This document shows positions 10,744 to 18,723 of a stretch of 64,000 bases of DNA, piece by piece (the stretch's first letter is position 1; every line of letters starts with the position of its first letter). Location: contig JAEZWW010000048.1 of NCBI GenBank assembly GCA_023442945.1, positions 856-64,855 on the forward strand. Direction: 5' to 3'. Below the pieces are notes generated by a model that was given only the letters and a program-made list of their open reading frames with translations, did no database searches and had not been told where the DNA came from. The stretch comes from Pseudomonadota bacterium (lineage in GTDB: Bacteria > Pseudomonadota > Gammaproteobacteria > Burkholderiales > Burkholderiaceae_C). A program made the translations under genes and the position numbers.

Positions 10744-11262
10744 TTAGCCGCGCCGTTGGCGCCGGACCCGGCCGATGCCCAGCCACAGCAGCACCCCACC
10801 CAGCCCACCCAGCGCCCAGATGTCCAGCGTAGGCACGGGTGTGACCACGGCTGGCGGCAAGGTCGAACAGCTGCCGCTGGCGCTGAACGCCAATTGCCGG
10901 CGCAAGCCGTTGCCTGCCGGACTCACCACCGTCAAGGTGATGGGGTTGGCGGTGGGCGGCACGCCGTACGGCAACGTGTTGGTTGGCTCGAATCTCGGTC
11001 CTATGATCGGGAGCGCAGGGTTGGTGAAGGTGAACAGCACCACCCCCGCCCCATCGCGAATTTCCAATGTGTAGGCTTCCGCGCCCGGCGGTGCGCTACC
11101 GGTGTTATTGCGGTCCCCCACCCACGTGAAGGCTGGATAGCTCACTTGGGTGCAGTCGAAAGTGGGCATGAAGCCGACAATGGTCATCGCGTGGGCACCA
11201 ACGGCGGCCCCGCCCAGGATCGCCGCCAACGCCCAGCGAGCGGAAGAGAAATTCGTATTCAT
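10744..11262 (-). CDS. secreted protein with IPTL-CTERM sorting tail (paralog 1, intact)
   Basis: N-terminal signal peptide (ALAAILGGAAVGAHA). The C-terminus VPTLDIWALGGLGGVLLWLGIGRVRRQRRG has the PTL motif, a TM helix and a basic cluster. 172 aa. Confidence 0.75.
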   Translation of the reverse strand: MNTNFSSARWALAAILGGAAVGAHAMTIVGFMPTFDCTQVSYPAFTWVGDRNNTGSAPPGAEAYTLEIRDGAGVVLFTFTNPALPIIGPRFEPTNTLPYGVPPTANPITLTVVSPAGNGLRRQLAFSASGSCSTLPPAVVTPVPTLDIWALGGLGGVLLWLGIGRVRRQRRG

Positions 11263-11291
11263 TCAGGACGACTCCAGCAGTGTTGATCGAA

Positions 11292-11317
11292 GATAGTTAA
11301 ATCAAAAGTTAACTATC
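11292..11317. promoter_or_regulatory. perfect 9-bp inverted repeat GATAGTTAA-N8-TTAACTATC in the AT-rich region upstream of IPTL paralog 1
   Basis: Read directly from the sequence. It lies 30-55 nt upstream of the 11262 start codon, in a locally AT-rich stretch of an otherwise GC-rich genome. Function unknown. Confidence 0.3.
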
Positions 11318-11350
11318 AACCTCGATTGTTACACAGCTATGCTTGTCGTC

Positions 11351-11484
11351 CTACCAGTACCCGGCCTCCATCCGGATCGCCGCCTCGCAGTCGTCAACGA
11401 TCTCCATCTTGGCGATCTTCACGCGCACGCCCAGCGTGCCGTGCAGGCCCAGCAGGCGTTCGCACAGCTTTCCAATCAGCGATT
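11351..11484 (-). pseudogene. orphan duplicate of the folB 3' end (last ~44 codons)
   Basis: It encodes ...SLIGKLCERLLGLHGTLGVRVKIAKMEIVDDCEAAIRMEAGYW*, nearly identical to the end of the 12216-13511 ORF (...SLIGKLCERLLGLHGVLGVRVKIAKLEIFDDCEVAIRMEAGRW*). Similarity stops abruptly at about 11484. Confidence 0.8.
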
Positions 11485-11580
11485 CGGCAGAGATCCCTGA
11501 ACGCTTCGGGTCGCTCGAAACTGGGGAAGAAGCGGCTATCCCTCGGTAGCCTGTGCGGACTCGCCAAGCCCGCGCGGGAC

Positions 11581-12104
11581 TTAGCCGCCCCGCTGGCGGC
11601 GCACCCGGGCGGCGCCAAGCAACGCCAGCGCGCCCGCCAGCGCGCCAAGCGCCCAGGCATCGGCGGTCGGCACGGGGGCGACCACCGCCGGGGGCAGCGC
11701 CGAGCAACTGCCGCTGGCGGTGTAGACCTGTTGCTCGGGAAAGCCATTGCCAGCCGAACTCACTATGGTGAACGTGATCGGATTGGCGGTCGGCGGCGTG
11801 CTGTAAGAAATCGAGCCTGGCGGCTCCGTGTGCTGGCCATCCAGTAACAACGTGACGTTCCCACCCCCAACACCACGCCTGCGCCATCGCGAATCTCTAA
11901 TCTGTAGGCTTCCTGACCCAAGCCTGCACTGCCAGTGTTGTTGCGGTCGGCCTCATATGTGGCAGCAGAAAAGCTCATCGCCGCACAGTCGAATGTCGCG
12001 TTGAAGCCTGTAACAGTGAGCGCTTGTGCAGTTCCTGCAGCAACTACGCAAGCCAAGGCGGCCAGAGGGCGGCGTGAGAAAACAAGATTCAACGGACGAA
12101 ACAC
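11581..12104 (-). pseudogene. IPTL-CTERM-tailed secreted protein, paralog 2, frameshifted
   Basis: The N-terminal part (ORF 11763-12104) and C-terminal part (ORF 11581-11850) are in different frames. Both align to paralog 1: RNNTGSA..EAY.LEIRDGAGVVL and PPTANPIT.T.VS.AGNG. The tail is VPTADAWALGALAGALALLGAARVRRQRGG. The frame change falls at the C5 run at 11864-11868. Confidence 0.75.
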
Positions 12105-12215
12105 TGGGGACTGCCTCTATGTGGAATACTCTTACCTGTCACTGCAATCGAATTTTTTCGCAATACCCATGTCGCATTTCGGCGGGACCGTACCGGCGCC
12201 AACAACCGAAATTTC

Positions 12216-13511
12216 CTACCAGCGCCCCGCCTCCATCCGTATCGCCACCTCGCAGTCGTCAAAGATCTCCAGCTTGGCGATCTTCACGCGCACGCCCAGC
12301 ACGCCGTGCAGGCCCAGCAGGCGCTCGCACAGCTTGCCGATCAGCGATTCGAGCAGGTTGACGTGCTCGGCCGTGCATTCGTCGATGATGATCTGGCGCA
12401 CCTTGCGGTAGTCCAGCACGTGGGTGATGTCGTCGTCGCGCGGGCGCAGCGGCTGCGGGCCCAGGTTCAGCTCGGCGTCGACCTGGATTGGCTGCGGCGC
12501 GGTTTTTTCCTCGTCGAGGATGCCCAGGCTCGCGTCAAAACGCAGGCCGTTCAGCGTCAGCGTCTGACCGCCCGCGGTGGCTTCCGGGGTGCCGGTCGCT
12601 TCCCTTTCGATAGCTGCTTGCGCAGGTGGTTGTAGGGCTTCAGCCCCCTTCATCATGGAAAAGTCGCGTTCAAAGCGCACCAGGTGCTGGCCGCCGTCGA
12701 CCAGCAGCGTGGCGCCGGTAAGCGAGCGGTTGCCCAGCGCAAACACCACCGTGGCGGCCACGTCTTCGGGCGTGGACGAGCGGCCCAGCGGGCTCAGGCG
12801 GTGCAGCTCGGCAAAGCGCTCGTCGCTCAGCAAATGGCTGGTCAGCGTGAGGCCGGGCGCGACGCCGACCACGCGCACGCGCGGCGCCAGGGCTTGTGCC
12901 AGCAGGGTGGTGGCGCTTTGCAGCGCGGCCTTGCTGAGGGTGTAGCTGAAGAAGTCCGGGTTGGGGTTGAACAGCTTCTGGTCCAGCAGATTGACCACGC
13001 AGCCGGTGGCGGGCGGGGCACCCTGCGCGTCCAGGTGCGCGGCCAGCGCCTGCGCCAGCAGCACGGGCGCGGCGGTGTTGGCGTGCAGGTGCGCGTCGAG
13101 CAGGCGGGTGTTGAAGCTGGCGGCGTTGTCGAACTCGAACAGCGCGGCGCTGTTGACCACGGCATGAACCGGGCCGAGCGCAGCCACCACGCGCGGCAGC
13201 AGCGCACGGGCTTGCGCCTCGTCCGCAAGATCGGCATCGAATGCGGCGCCAGCCGGCCCCAGCTCTGCGCAGGCAGCTACGGTATCCAGAGCATCCTGGC
13301 GCGATCGGTGGTAGTGCACGGCGACGCGCCAACCGGCGGCGGCACAGGCCAGCGCGATGGCGCGGCCCAGGCGCCGGCCAGCGCCGGTGACGAGCACGGT
13401 GCGGGAAAGGGCAGCGGTGTTCAAGGACAATCGGGGGTGTGAAAAAGACGGAATCCAGTGTAACCAGCGGCCCTGCGGCGAACGGCCTCGCGCAGCCTGC
13501 TGACGCGTCAA
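12216..13511 (-). CDS. single ORF joining an SDR-family (pteridine reductase/FolM-like) domain to dihydroneopterin aldolase (FolB)
   Basis: The N-terminal part has the Rossmann motif VLVTGAGRRLGRAIA. The C-terminal 120 aa are FolB-like (LTLNGLRFDASLGILDEEK...QVDAEL...VKIAKLEIF). There is no stop codon between the two parts. The true start is probably TTG 13430 or 13424, just before VLVTGAG. Confidence 0.8.
   Translation of the reverse strand: MTRQQAARGRSPQGRWLHWIPSFSHPRLSLNTAALSRTVLVTGAGRRLGRAIALACAAAGWRVAVHYHRSRQDALDTVAACAELGPAGAAFDADLADEAQARALLPRVVAALGPVHAVVNSAALFEFDNAASFNTRLLDAHLHANTAAPVLLAQALAAHLDAQGAPPATGCVVNLLDQKLFNPNPDFFSYTLSKAALQSATTLLAQALAPRVRVVGVAPGLTLTSHLLSDERFAELHRLSPLGRSSTPEDVAATVVFALGNRSLTGATLLVDGGQHLVRFERDFSMMKGAEALQPPAQAAIEREATGTPEATAGGQTLTLNGLRFDASLGILDEEKTAPQPIQVDAELNLGPQPLRPRDDDITHVLDYRKVRQIIIDECTAEHVNLLESLIGKLCERLLGLHGVLGVRVKIAKLEIFDDCEVAIRMEAGRW
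12605..12648 (+). repeat. REP-like element, copy 3, embedded in the SDR-FolB linker
   Basis: tttcgaTAGCTGCTTGCGCAGGTGGTTGTAGGGCTTCAGccccc matches the family consensus. On the minus strand it translates as KGAEALQPPAQAAIE. Confidence 0.75.
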
Positions 13512-14671
13512 CGCAAGCCGAGCTGACGGCGCACATCGCCGACGCCATCCGCGCCGCCGGCGGCTGGATCGGCTTTGACCGCTTCATGCACCTGGCGCTG
13601 TACGCGCCGGGGCTGGGCTATTACGCGCACGGCTCGCGCAAGTTCGGCGCGCTGCCGGGCTCGGGCAGCGACTTCGTGACCGCGCCCGAGCTGTCGCCGC
13701 TGTTTGGCCGGGCGCTGGCCGCGCAGGTGGCCGAAAGCCTGCGCGCCACCGGCACCGACGCGGTGTGGGAATTCGGCGCCGGCAGCGGCGCGCTGGCCGA
13801 GCAGCTGATCACCGGCCTGGCCGCGCTGGGCCAGCCGCTGGCGCGCTACACCATCGTTGACGTGTCCGGCAGCCTGCGCGCGCGCCAGCAGGAACGGCTG
13901 GCGCCGCTGCGCGCCGCGCACCCGGGCTTGCAGATCGACTGGGCCGATCGCCTGCCCGACGCGCTGCGCGGCGTCGTCGTCGGCAACGAAGTGCTGGACG
14001 CCATGCCGGTGCAACTGCTGGCGCGTGTGGACGGACAATGGCTGGAGCGCGGCGTGGCGCTTTCTGAGGCTTTTGAGGCTGCCGCCCTACAGCCACCTGC
14101 ACGGCCAGCTTCTGATTCGATAGCGCCCTTCGTCTGGGCCGACCGCCCGACCGACCTGCGCCCGCCCTTCGAGGTGGAAGGCGAGCACGACTTCCTCACC
14201 GAGATCCACCCGCAGGCGCGCGCCTTCGTCACCACCCTGGCCGAGGCGCTGGTGCGCGGCGGCGCGGGCGCGGCCTTCTTCATCGACTACGGCTTTCCCG
14301 AGGCCGAGTACTACCACCCGCAGCGCCACATGGGCACCCTGGTCTGCCACCGCGCGCACCAGGTCGACGACGACCCGCTGAGTGCCGTGGGCGCCAAGGA
14401 CATCACCGCGCACGTCAACTTCACCGACGTGGCGCTGGCCGCGCAAGACGCGGGGCTGGAGGTGCTGGGCTACACCAGCCAGGCGCGCTTTTTGCTGAAC
14501 TGCGGCATCGCAGAGGCCATGGAAGCGGCCGACCTGCCGACCCGCGCCAACGCCATGAAGCTGTTGACCGAGCACGAGATGGGCGAGCTGTTCAAGGTGA
14601 TCGGCTTCGGCACGCCGGGGCAGCCGGCGGCGCTGGGCTTCAGCGCGGGCGACCGGATCGGCAAGCTGTGA
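13439..14671 (+). CDS. class I SAM-dependent methyltransferase (DUF185 / MidA-NDUFAF7 family)
   Basis: Motifs FDRFMHLALYAPGLGYY, EFGAGSGALA, GNEVLDAMPV and FIDYGF. The GTG start at 13439 is uncertain. Confidence 0.85.
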   Translation: MKKTESSVTSGPAANGLAQPADASTQAELTAHIADAIRAAGGWIGFDRFMHLALYAPGLGYYAHGSRKFGALPGSGSDFVTAPELSPLFGRALAAQVAESLRATGTDAVWEFGAGSGALAEQLITGLAALGQPLARYTIVDVSGSLRARQQERLAPLRAAHPGLQIDWADRLPDALRGVVVGNEVLDAMPVQLLARVDGQWLERGVALSEAFEAAALQPPARPASDSIAPFVWADRPTDLRPPFEVEGEHDFLTEIHPQARAFVTTLAEALVRGGAGAAFFIDYGFPEAEYYHPQRHMGTLVCHRAHQVDDDPLSAVGAKDITAHVNFTDVALAAQDAGLEVLGYTSQARFLLNCGIAEAMEAADLPTRANAMKLLTEHEMGELFKVIGFGTPGQPAALGFSAGDRIGKL

Positions 14672-14678
14672 AGCACCG

Positions 14679-14737
14679 GAATTTCATGCCCAATCGGCCG
14701 TTCGCCCTAGTGCCAATTGCGCAGGCAGCTATCAAAA
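14679..14737 (-). repeat. REP-like intergenic imperfect palindrome, copy 4 (reverse orientation)
   Basis: ggaatttcatgcccaATCGGCCgttcGCCCTAgtgccaatTGCGCAGGCAGCTATCAAAA. Confidence 0.7.
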
Positions 14738-14867
14738 CCAAAGCATCTCTGTGCCGCGTCGCGCCTTCGTTCCGAGGCAGCCACGCCCATGGTCGGCGCA
14801 AGTCCGGCCACGGCGCGTCCTGCCGAAGTCGCGGCGCGTGCCGGGGGGCTTGCGCTGAGGGCCACCC

Positions 14868-15062
14868 ATGATCCGCTGGGTCATCGTCATCTTCCTGGCG
14901 CTGATGCTGATCAGCTGGTTCACGCCCTTTCTGAACAAGCTCGGCTTCGGCCGGTTGCCTGGCGACTTCCGCTTCAAGCTGTTCGGGCGCGAATGGTTCA
15001 TTCCGCTGACCACCACGCTGCTGCTGAGCGCGGCGGCCAGCCTGATCGCCAAGCTGCTCTGA
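14868..15062 (+). CDS. DUF2905 domain-containing small membrane protein
   Basis: 64 aa. The sequence LNKLGFGRLPGDFRFKLFGREWFIPLTTTLLLS is characteristic of DUF2905. Confidence 0.8.
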   Translation: MIRWVIVIFLALMLISWFTPFLNKLGFGRLPGDFRFKLFGREWFIPLTTTLLLSAAASLIAKLL

Positions 15063-15170
15063 CGCGGTGGGCGCGGCGCCCTTTCGTCGGCCAGCTCGTG
15101 GTTTGTGCGCGGCATCGCGCCTCGCGGGACGATCTCGGCAGTGCAGGCGCGCCCGGCGGGCCGCGCCAGG

Positions 15171-16814
15171 TCAGAGCATTTCGTCAGGCGCCAGCGGCCC
15201 CAGCAGCTTCAGCACCGTGCGCAGGCCCAGACTGGCGTCGGGCTCCTGGCTGGCGTCGCCAAAGTCGGCGCCGGGCGGCGCGCGCCAGCGCAACTGGTCG
15301 TCGGGTGTGAGCTCCATGCGCCAGGCGCCGTCGTCGAGGGTGTCGTCGATCTTGGCGGTGGCTTCGCGCGACAGCTCGGCGCTGCGCACAACCAGCGCGA
15401 CTTCGGTGTTCTGAAGTTTGGAGCGCAGGTCCAGGTTCATCGACCCGATGCTGATCACGCGGCCGTCCAGCACCAGAATCTTGGCGTGCAGGCTGGCCTT
15501 GGAGCCGCCCCCGCTCGAGCCGAAGACCGTGCGGTCCAGCTGGGCGCCCTGGGTGGCGCGCATTTCGTACAGCTCGACGCCCAGGCGGATCAGGTCCTTG
15601 CGGTAACGGGCGTAGCCCACATGCGCCAGCGGCGCGTCGTTGGACGCCAGCGAATTGGTCAGCACCCGCACGCGCACGCCGCGCGCGCGCATGTCGGCAA
15701 ACACCTTCATCATGTCCGGCCCGGGCACGAAGTACGGCGAGACGATGAGCGCGTCGCGCCGCGTGCGCTCCATGAGGCGCAGCATGCCGTCGACCACGGT
15801 GTCGTCGGTGTGTTCGTCGTTCAGCTCGGGCACCAGCTTGGCGGGCTGGTCGACCAGGAGCAGCGCCGGCGCCCAGATCAGGCGCAGCGTGTCCAGGTCC
15901 ATGGCGGGCGGCAGCAGCGGCGGGCCCACGGCCTGGGCGCCGCCATTGGCTGCAGCGGCGGCGGTGGCTTCGCTCGCCGTCTGGGGCGCGGTGGTGTCGC
16001 GCAGCGCGCGCAGCTCGTCTGGCGTGATCAGCGACTGCACCGGGTAGGCCAGCGGGTTGTTCCAGTAGCTGTCGAAGCTGCGCGACATGGCGCCCACGAC
16101 CGAGCCGACGGCCAGGACGTCCATGTCGACAAAGTTGCTGCCGTCGGCGGTGCCGAAGTACGAGTCGCCCAGGTTGCGCCCGCCGGTGATGCCCCAGGCG
16201 TTGTCAGCGATGTACAGCTTGTTGTGCATGCGGTGCTGGATGCGCTTGAAGTCGCCCAGCGAGCCCAGCGCCCGCAGCGCCCCCGCGCCGCGCCGGCCGG
16301 GCAGCGGGTTGAACATGCGCATTTCGATGTTGGGCACGAAGGCCATGGCCATCACCAGGGCGTTGCGGCCGCTGCTGTTGAAGTCGTCCAGCAGGATGCG
16401 CACGCGCACGCCGCGCGCCGCCGCCGCGCGGATGGCGCGCAGCAGCTCGCGCGAGGTGCTGTCGGCGTGGATGGCGTAGTACTGGATGTCGAGCGTGCGC
16501 GTGGCGCGCTCGGTCAAGGCCAGGCGGCTGCTGTAGGCCTCGTTGGGCGAGCCGATCAGCGCGAAGCCCGAGTCTCCCGCGGCCCCATTGCGCGCCGAGG
16601 CTGGGCGACGCGACGCGGCCAGCGCACCCAGCGGCGTCGTTTGCGGATCGGCCAGAGCGTGGGATTCGGGCCGCTGCACTTCCTTGGGCAGGCTGCTGCA
16701 GCCCGTCAGCGCCAGCCACAGCGCCACCAGCCAGAACGCCCAGCCAGGGCGCGAGCCGGTGCGCTGTGGCAGCGGGCCGTTGTCAGACAAAGGAATGGGG
16801 GTGGCGAACATCAT
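15171..16814 (-). CDS. phospholipase D family lipoprotein (two HKD motifs)
   Basis: Lipobox LALTGCSS. HKD motifs HNKLYIADNAWGITGGRNLGD and HAKILVLDGRVISIGSMNLDLRS. 547 aa. Confidence 0.88.
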   Translation of the reverse strand: MMFATPIPLSDNGPLPQRTGSRPGWAFWLVALWLALTGCSSLPKEVQRPESHALADPQTTPLGALAASRRPASARNGAAGDSGFALIGSPNEAYSSRLALTERATRTLDIQYYAIHADSTSRELLRAIRAAAARGVRVRILLDDFNSSGRNALVMAMAFVPNIEMRMFNPLPGRRGAGALRALGSLGDFKRIQHRMHNKLYIADNAWGITGGRNLGDSYFGTADGSNFVDMDVLAVGSVVGAMSRSFDSYWNNPLAYPVQSLITPDELRALRDTTAPQTASEATAAAAANGGAQAVGPPLLPPAMDLDTLRLIWAPALLLVDQPAKLVPELNDEHTDDTVVDGMLRLMERTRRDALIVSPYFVPGPDMMKVFADMRARGVRVRVLTNSLASNDAPLAHVGYARYRKDLIRLGVELYEMRATQGAQLDRTVFGSSGGGSKASLHAKILVLDGRVISIGSMNLDLRSKLQNTEVALVVRSAELSREATAKIDDTLDDGAWRMELTPDDQLRWRAPPGADFGDASQEPDASLGLRTVLKLLGPLAPDEML

Positions 16815-16911
16815 CGATCGGGCGGGGTCAGGGCTGGCAGATCATAGTGAGCGCCCTGAGGTCCCGCCTGTCGGACGAGGGCGCCAACCGCGTCCGGCAG
16901 CGTCAGGACGC

Positions 16912-16941
16912 AAAAAAGGCCGCAGCGTGGCGGCCTTTTTT
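16912..16941 (-). terminator. rho-independent terminator after yegP-like gene (A6/T6 flanks, potentially bidirectional)
   Basis: aaaaaaGGCCGCagcgtgGCGGCCtttttt: a 6-bp GC stem with a 6-nt loop and a U-tract on both strands. Confidence 0.75.
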
Positions 16942-16979
16942 ACTGGGCTGGCCCTGCGGCCATCCTCAGCGGGTCGGCA

Positions 16980-17315
16980 TCATGCGGTCTGGTCGTCCAC
17001 GCTGGCGCCGGGAGCGTTGGTCACGCAGGACTGGATGCCGTTGTCGCGCGCAGACTCGCTGGAGTACATCTGGCTTTGGCCGATGACCTGGCCATTGCCG
17101 GCCTTGAGCGTGAAATAGGGCGAGCCGTCCTTGGCGACGAGCTTCTCGTAGCGGGCTTCGTCGCCGCCGTTTTTCTTGACCGATTCGATGCCGTTGACCG
17201 CACTGGCCTTGGCTTCGTACATCTCGCTGGTGAGGATGGTCTGACCATTGCCGGCCAGCAGGGAGAAATGGAACTTGTCGTTCTTCGAGTTCTTCAGTTC
17301 GAACTTGCCTGCCAT
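16980..17315 (-). CDS. YegP family protein (tandem DUF1508)
   Basis: The ATG at 17315 is preceded by AAGGAG. The sequence MAGKFELKNSKNDKFHFSLLAGNGQTILTSEMY...YFTLKAGNGQVIGQSQMY contains two DUF1508 repeats. Confidence 0.85.
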   Translation of the reverse strand: MAGKFELKNSKNDKFHFSLLAGNGQTILTSEMYEAKASAVNGIESVKKNGGDEARYEKLVAKDGSPYFTLKAGNGQVIGQSQMYSSESARDNGIQSCVTNAPGASVDDQTA

Positions 17316-17454
17316 GAAAACTCCTTCGTTGGCGCCAAAGCACGGTTGGCTGGCGCGCATTGTGGCCGCGGAACTACGACATTTCAACCGTGCCGACGCG
17401 CGGCGTGCGATACCGCACAGCGGTGTCGCGGATCGACCAACAAGACGCCGGTAC

Positions 17455-18609
17455 TCAGCTCTGTATCAAGCGGCGCGACTTCGAAACTGAGAGCAACATA
17501 CCCAGCGCCAGCCCCAGCGTGACCATGGCGGTGCCCCCGTAGCTGATGAAAGGCAGCGGCACGCCCACCACCGGCAGGATGCCGCTGACCATGCCCATGT
17601 TGACGAAGGCGTAGGTGAAGAAGATCGTGGTCAGGGCCGCCGCCAGCAGGCGCGCGAACAGCGTGGGGCCATCGGCGGCGATCATCAGCCCGCGCAGGAT
17701 CAGGAAGGTGAAGCCCGCCAGCAGCGCCAGGTTGCCGACCAGGCCGAATTCCTCGGAATAGGCGGCAAAGATGAAGTCGGTGGTGCGCTCGGGGATGAAT
17801 TCCAGGTGCGTTTGCGTGCCCTGCATGAAGCCCTTGCCTTCCCAGCCGCCCGAGCCGATGGCGATCATGCCCTGCAGGATGTGAAAGCCCTTGCCCAGCG
17901 GGTCGCGCGTGGGGTCCATCAGCGTGCACACGCGCTGGCGCTGGTATTCGTGCAGCACGACCCAGTCGACGCCGTCGGCGCACAGCTCGGTCTCGAACGA
18001 CAGCAGCAGCACCACCGCCACCACGCCGATCAGCACCGGTGGCAGCACCAACTTCCAGGGCAGGCCGGCAAAAAAGATCACCGCCAGCCCCGCCGCCATG
18101 ACCAGCAGCGCCGTGCCCAGGTCGGGCTGCTTCATGATCAGCGCCACCGGCACCGCCAACAGGGCGAAGGCGACGACAAAATCGACCGGGCGGGTCTGCC
18201 CCTCGCGCCGGTGGAACCACCAGGCCAGCATCAGTGGCATGGCGATCTTGAGCAATTCGCTGGGCTGGATCACCACGCCCAGGTTGACCCAGCGCGTGGC
18301 GCCCTTTTTGGTGATGCCGAACAGCGCCACCGCCACCAGCAGCGCCACGCCCAGCAGGTACAGCGGCACCGCCAGGCTCATCAGGCGCTGCGGCGGTACC
18401 TGCGCCACCACGAACATGATGCCGCAGGCGATCAGCATGTTGCGGCCGTGGTCGACGAAGCGGGTGCCGTGGTCAAACCCCGATGAGTACATCGCCGTCA
18501 AGCCCATGCCCGCCAGCACCAGCACCGCCAACAGCAGCCAGAAGTCGAAGCCACGCAGGAACGGCAGGATGCGCCGCCAGACGGAAGGACGTTCGAACAC
18601 AACTGCCAT
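17455..18609 (-). CDS. rodA: SEDS peptidoglycan glycosyltransferase RodA
   Basis: 384 aa and collinear with RodA: QPSELLKIAMPL, KQPDLGTA, YQRQRV..LMDP..DPLGKGFHILQ, PERTTDFIF and MVSGILPVVGVPLPFISYGG. Confidence 0.92.
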   Translation of the reverse strand: MAVVFERPSVWRRILPFLRGFDFWLLLAVLVLAGMGLTAMYSSGFDHGTRFVDHGRNMLIACGIMFVVAQVPPQRLMSLAVPLYLLGVALLVAVALFGITKKGATRWVNLGVVIQPSELLKIAMPLMLAWWFHRREGQTRPVDFVVAFALLAVPVALIMKQPDLGTALLVMAAGLAVIFFAGLPWKLVLPPVLIGVVAVVLLLSFETELCADGVDWVVLHEYQRQRVCTLMDPTRDPLGKGFHILQGMIAIGSGGWEGKGFMQGTQTHLEFIPERTTDFIFAAYSEEFGLVGNLALLAGFTFLILRGLMIAADGPTLFARLLAAALTTIFFTYAFVNMGMVSGILPVVGVPLPFISYGGTAMVTLGLALGMLLSVSKSRRLIQS

Positions 18610-18723
18610 GCCGAATTATCCCCCGGGCGCATGACCGCGCGTTGGCGCCAGCGCCTAAACCGCGCCCCGCGCCCCGCGCCCTGCCCCCCCGGCGGTCCGC
18701 CAGACCGGTGGCCGGGCGCTACC

